Below are positions 59,428-64,000 of a stretch of DNA of 64,000 nucleotides, piece by piece. How positions within the stretch are numbered: the stretch's first letter is position 1; every line of letters begins with the position of its first letter. The notes beneath the pieces were generated by a model. The model was not told where the DNA came from. It was given only the letters and a program-made list of their open reading frames with translations, and did no database searches. Made by a program: the position numbers and the translations under genes. The stretch lies in contig JAHHIK010000002.1 in the NCBI GenBank assembly GCA_019358935.1, positions 96,001-160,000 of the forward strand, in the 5' to 3' direction. The stretch comes from Tolypothrix carrinoi HA7290-LM1. Its GTDB lineage: Bacteria; Cyanobacteriota; Cyanobacteriia; Cyanobacteriales; Nostocaceae.

Positions 59428-60939
59428 TTAGAACTCCATTCGCTGATATTCAGCTACGGAGGATGCTGCGGGTCTTGCACGCTGTCTAGCCCAGTCCCTC
59501 AGGGCTGTGACTTGTTCTTGCATCGTTCGAGACAGCGGCAGTGTTGCCTTGAGTGCAGCAATAATATCTAACTGGGTGAACTCGCGTTCTTGGGCAAAAG
59601 CTTCGTACATTGCCGCAACGATCGCTTGTTCAATTTCTGCTCCCGAAAAGCCGTCGGACATCTTGGCTAATTGTTCCAAGTCAAATCGAGTAATGTCTTC
59701 CCGGCGTTTCGTTAGGTGAATCTTGTATATATCTTGCCGTTCTTCAGGTGTAGGCAGATCGACAAAGAAAATTTCATCAAAGCGTCCTTTCCTCAAAAAT
59801 TCCCCAGGCAAGCGTTCAACTCTGTTTGCAGTTGCCATTACAAATACTGGAGATTTTTTCTCTTGCATCCAAGTCAGGAAAGAACCGAAGATCCGGCTGG
59901 AAGTACCGCCATCAGAATCACCAGAACCACCACTACCAGCGAAGGATTTATCTAACTCATCGATAAATAGAATTGCTGGAGAAATCGATTCTGCTGTCTT
60001 TAAGGCGTTACGTAGGTTCGCTTCACTTCGACCCACCATTGAGCCGTCGTAAACTCGCCCCATATCCAAGCGCAACAAAGGTAAACCCCACAGCCGAGAA
60101 GTTGTTTTGGCTATCAACGACTTACCACAACCGGGAACTCCCAAAATTAACATTCCTTTCGGTTGGGGCAAACCATACTCTCTTGCTCTTTCTGTGAAAG
60201 CATTAGAGCGTTGCTTCAGCCATTTCTTTAACTCTTCTAAGCCGCCTACAGCGTCAATGGTTGCATCTTCCTCGATGTATTCTAATATACCATTGCGCCG
60301 AATTAGTTGCTTTTTCTCAGATAAAACTATATCTACTTCATCTTCGGTCAAACGCCCGATAGTTACCTGTGCCTTACGGTAGACTTTTTCGGCTTCATCT
60401 TTAGTTAAACCTAAAGCTGCTCTCAGAAGCTTTTCTCGCGCTTCTGTTGACAACCGCCGTCCACGATTTTGGTCTATATGGTGAGTCAATACTTTATTTA
60501 ACTCAGCCATATCTGGCAACTGAAAGTCTATAACAACAACTTCTTTTTCCAGTTCTATAGGAACATTCTGCATTGGCGACATCAAGATGATGTTTTTCTG
60601 CATTCCTTTGAATTGGGCGATCGCATCTCTTAACGATCTTGTTGTCGCAGGCGCATCAATAAACGGATGTAAATCTTTAAGAATAAATATACCTGGTTCT
60701 CTTTGCCGGATTATCCACTCAATCGCCGCTTCTGGAGAAACGGTGTTATGCTGAGTTACATTCCGGGGTTGCCCATACTCCACGATGCCGTGAGTTACTG
60801 TCCACACATAAACTCGCCGAGTTGGCTTTAACATTTGGGCGATTGTGGAAATTGATTGCTCTGCCCGCTCTTCCTCGGAGGTCACAAGGTAGATTAAAGG
60901 GTATTGAGCTTGAATGAGGATATTTAGCTCTTCTTTCAT
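59428..60939 (-). CDS. ycf46: Ycf46-family AAA+ ATPase
   Basis: GVPGCGKS, FIDELDK and LRKGRFDEIFFVDLP motifs; YPLIYLVTSEEERAE N-domain. Confidence 0.9.
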   Translation of the reverse strand: MKEELNILIQAQYPLIYLVTSEEERAEQSISTIAQMLKPTRRVYVWTVTHGIVEYGQPRNVTQHNTVSPEAAIEWIIRQREPGIFILKDLHPFIDAPATTRSLRDAIAQFKGMQKNIILMSPMQNVPIELEKEVVVIDFQLPDMAELNKVLTHHIDQNRGRRLSTEAREKLLRAALGLTKDEAEKVYRKAQVTIGRLTEDEVDIVLSEKKQLIRRNGILEYIEEDATIDAVGGLEELKKWLKQRSNAFTERAREYGLPQPKGMLILGVPGCGKSLIAKTTSRLWGLPLLRLDMGRVYDGSMVGRSEANLRNALKTAESISPAILFIDELDKSFAGSGGSGDSDGGTSSRIFGSFLTWMQEKKSPVFVMATANRVERLPGEFLRKGRFDEIFFVDLPTPEERQDIYKIHLTKRREDITRFDLEQLAKMSDGFSGAEIEQAIVAAMYEAFAQEREFTQLDIIAALKATLPLSRTMQEQVTALRDWARQRARPAASSVAEYQRMEF

Positions 60940-61032
60940 ACTATCGACCTACGTGAGACCTTATAAAGACAGTAATGACATCGTTGATAATGGCAACCGA
61001 CGAATTATGAATATTACATTCATAATTCCGGT

Positions 61033-61377
61033 CTAGCAAGGAACTAATTCTTCCTCACCTTTGGGATAAGTTTCATCCTCATCCATTTCGTTGACGGGTA
61101 AATGCTCTTGAGTTACCCCTGCTTGATTGCCTAAGGCTACCAATTCTCCGTCGCGTAAGACTAAGGAACTCTCACAAGATGGGCAGGAATAAACTCTATG
61201 AGTTCGTCCATAAGAAGACGCTTCTACTTCATCAACTAATTCTGAATTTGCCAGGTAGAAAACGAGGGCACGTTCTGCAAGATCTGACATTGGTTCAGAA
61301 TCTACTGCTGAACGAATCTTCAGTTTCCTGTGTAGTTCTGGCGACAAATATAAAGTAACCTTTTGCTTCGTTTGCAT
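61033..61377 (-). CDS. Small RHH-like protein heading the ycf46 operon
   Basis: KVTLYLSPELHRKLKI and a CPSC motif. Confidence 0.75.
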   Translation of the reverse strand: MQTKQKVTLYLSPELHRKLKIRSAVDSEPMSDLAERALVFYLANSELVDEVEASSYGRTHRVYSCPSCESSLVLRDGELVALGNQAGVTQEHLPVNEMDEDETYPKGEEELVPC

Positions 61378-61688
61378 ATAACTCTTGTTGGTCTTACCCG
61401 GGTATGTATTTCACGATATCGGCTTGGTTCTAGCTTGTCAAGACGGCAAAACGTTTTGACGCCTATTTCGTTACATTTATTTACTTTTCGCGAAAATCTG
61501 ATTTGATGCAAATGTAGATCGGTGAGAAAATATTAGCTGTTTTGTTACACAGAGTAGGTAGAAAGCACAGATATTGCTACTGTTCTGTAAAATCTGAAGC
61601 TATCAAGCAAAAGTCTTTAATGAGTAGATTTTCCGGCTGAGGATCTGACTATTTACGTTCATCAGCGAACCAGGTAAAAGGTGTAATA

Positions 61689-62209
61689 ATGTCTACCGCT
61701 ACTAAAACCTATACAGAACGAAAAACTTATGCGAACGCGAACGGCGTTGGCAAAGCCATCGCCTTATCGTTAATCTTATGCGGTTGTAATGCGCCCAGTT
61801 TCACCAACTCCGGTGTCACATGGAAAACTTATACTAATTCCCGTTATGGCTTTGAATTTTTATATCCCAGCACCTGGACTTCTTTACCACCGCCAGAAAA
61901 TAATGATGGCATAGCGTTTGTTTCACCGCAAAATACGAAAGTAGAAATTCGCGGTTGGGCAGGGAATCGGCTACCAGACGCAATAATTACAGATAAAAAC
62001 GCTAAAAAAACGATAAATCCCAACTTTAAGACGAATCAAGGAGTATCTGGGGTGCTGGAGGTAGAAATTGGTAGTCAAGAAAGTTCGATGACACTAACAC
62101 TAACAAAGGCTCAAGTCAAATATTATTGGCAAGGGCGATCGCCAGCGTCCGAATTTAGCAATTATTATCGCGTGTTTTACTATATCGCCCAGGAGTACCG
62201 CATTTCTGG

Positions 62210-62222
<13 letters not shown>
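61689..62222 (+). CDS. Hypothetical lipoprotein (PsbP-like)
   Basis: LILCGC lipobox-like segment; WKTYTNSRYGFEFLYP. Confidence 0.6.
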
Positions 62223-63584
<1,362 letters not shown>

Positions 63585-63588
63585 AGCA

Positions 63589-63879
63589 ATGCGATCGCTT
63601 ATTCTCTGGCTGTTAGTCATACTACCAGGTATGGCAGCTAGCACTATGAGCGTCTACTACCTAATTCCGGAATGGGTAGTACTAGATGCTAGCTACAAGC
63701 ATTATCAGCAAATAGCTAAGTCTTCATCTTCAACGGTGAATGACTTACTAATTGCTGAAGCAGCAGAAAACAGACATAGAATAAATTGCTTTGCTGAGGG
63801 TGTCGGAGTTTTGTTAGGTGGGGTTATTGTCGCTATTGGCATTCATGGCATTTGCACCTTGCCTAACAAGACATCTTAA
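63589..63879 (+). CDS. Small hypothetical membrane protein
   Basis: Two hydrophobic segments; HRINCFAEGVG. Confidence 0.65.
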   Translation: MRSLILWLLVILPGMAASTMSVYYLIPEWVVLDASYKHYQQIAKSSSSTVNDLLIAEAAENRHRINCFAEGVGVLLGGVIVAIGIHGICTLPNKTS

Positions 63880-63898
63880 TTTGAATGGGAAACTTGAT

Positions 63899-64000
63899 AT
63901 GCAGCTTGCTACAGAAGCTTACTTAACTCAAGTAAGTCGATTGCCTAAAACTGGTCGCCATATTATAGCACAATATGACGACCATTCAATAGTTGTTTAT
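63899..64000 (+). CDS. DUF4291-like protein, truncated by the window end
   Basis: MQLATEAYLTQVSRLPKTGRHIIAQYDDHSIVVY. Confidence 0.6.
   Translation, partial: MQLATEAYLTQVSRLPKTGRHIIAQYDDHSIVVY

Overview
Chromosomal window from a heterocyst-forming (Nostocales-type) cyanobacterium. This assignment rests on dense HIP1 GCGATCGC octamers, heptamer STRR tracts, and hepA/hepC. From left to right: (1) 1-15.3 kb, a minus-strand heterocyst envelope polysaccharide cluster (hepC, hepA, eight glycosyltransferases, a Wzy/WaaL-like membrane protein, a methyltransferase). (2) Housekeeping genes: lapA-like, scpA, cugP, speA, ndk, terC-like. (3) 23.4-34 kb, an all-minus-strand defence-like island: a mazF pseudogene with its partner, a degenerate Zorya locus (intact zorA/zorB, probable zorC remnant), several unknown genes, an NB-ARC-TPR NLR with an adjacent small Bell-like protein, and an HSDR_N-like nuclease. 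(4) acs, a RelE-type toxin-antitoxin (TA) pair, a GHL10 hydrolase, and the ndhF3-ndhD3-cupA-cupS CO2-uptake operon. (5) Uma2 nuclease, a MarR-EmrA-MFS-EmrB efflux operon, an ArnT-like glycosyltransferase and hypotheticals. (6) vapC pair, ICMT gene with attC-like hairpins, a frameshifted IS607 tnpA, the ycf46 operon and sqdB. The most notable signal is the NLR/Bell-like pair: the two proteins share a terminal N/G/I-rich motif (NENWQGxNIKGGxxxIxxPNxxF), the layout of amyloid signalling, and the pair sits behind a DIF1-like promoter (TCCGGA-N18-GTAGTAT). All family calls come from motif recognition by eye; no database searches were run.
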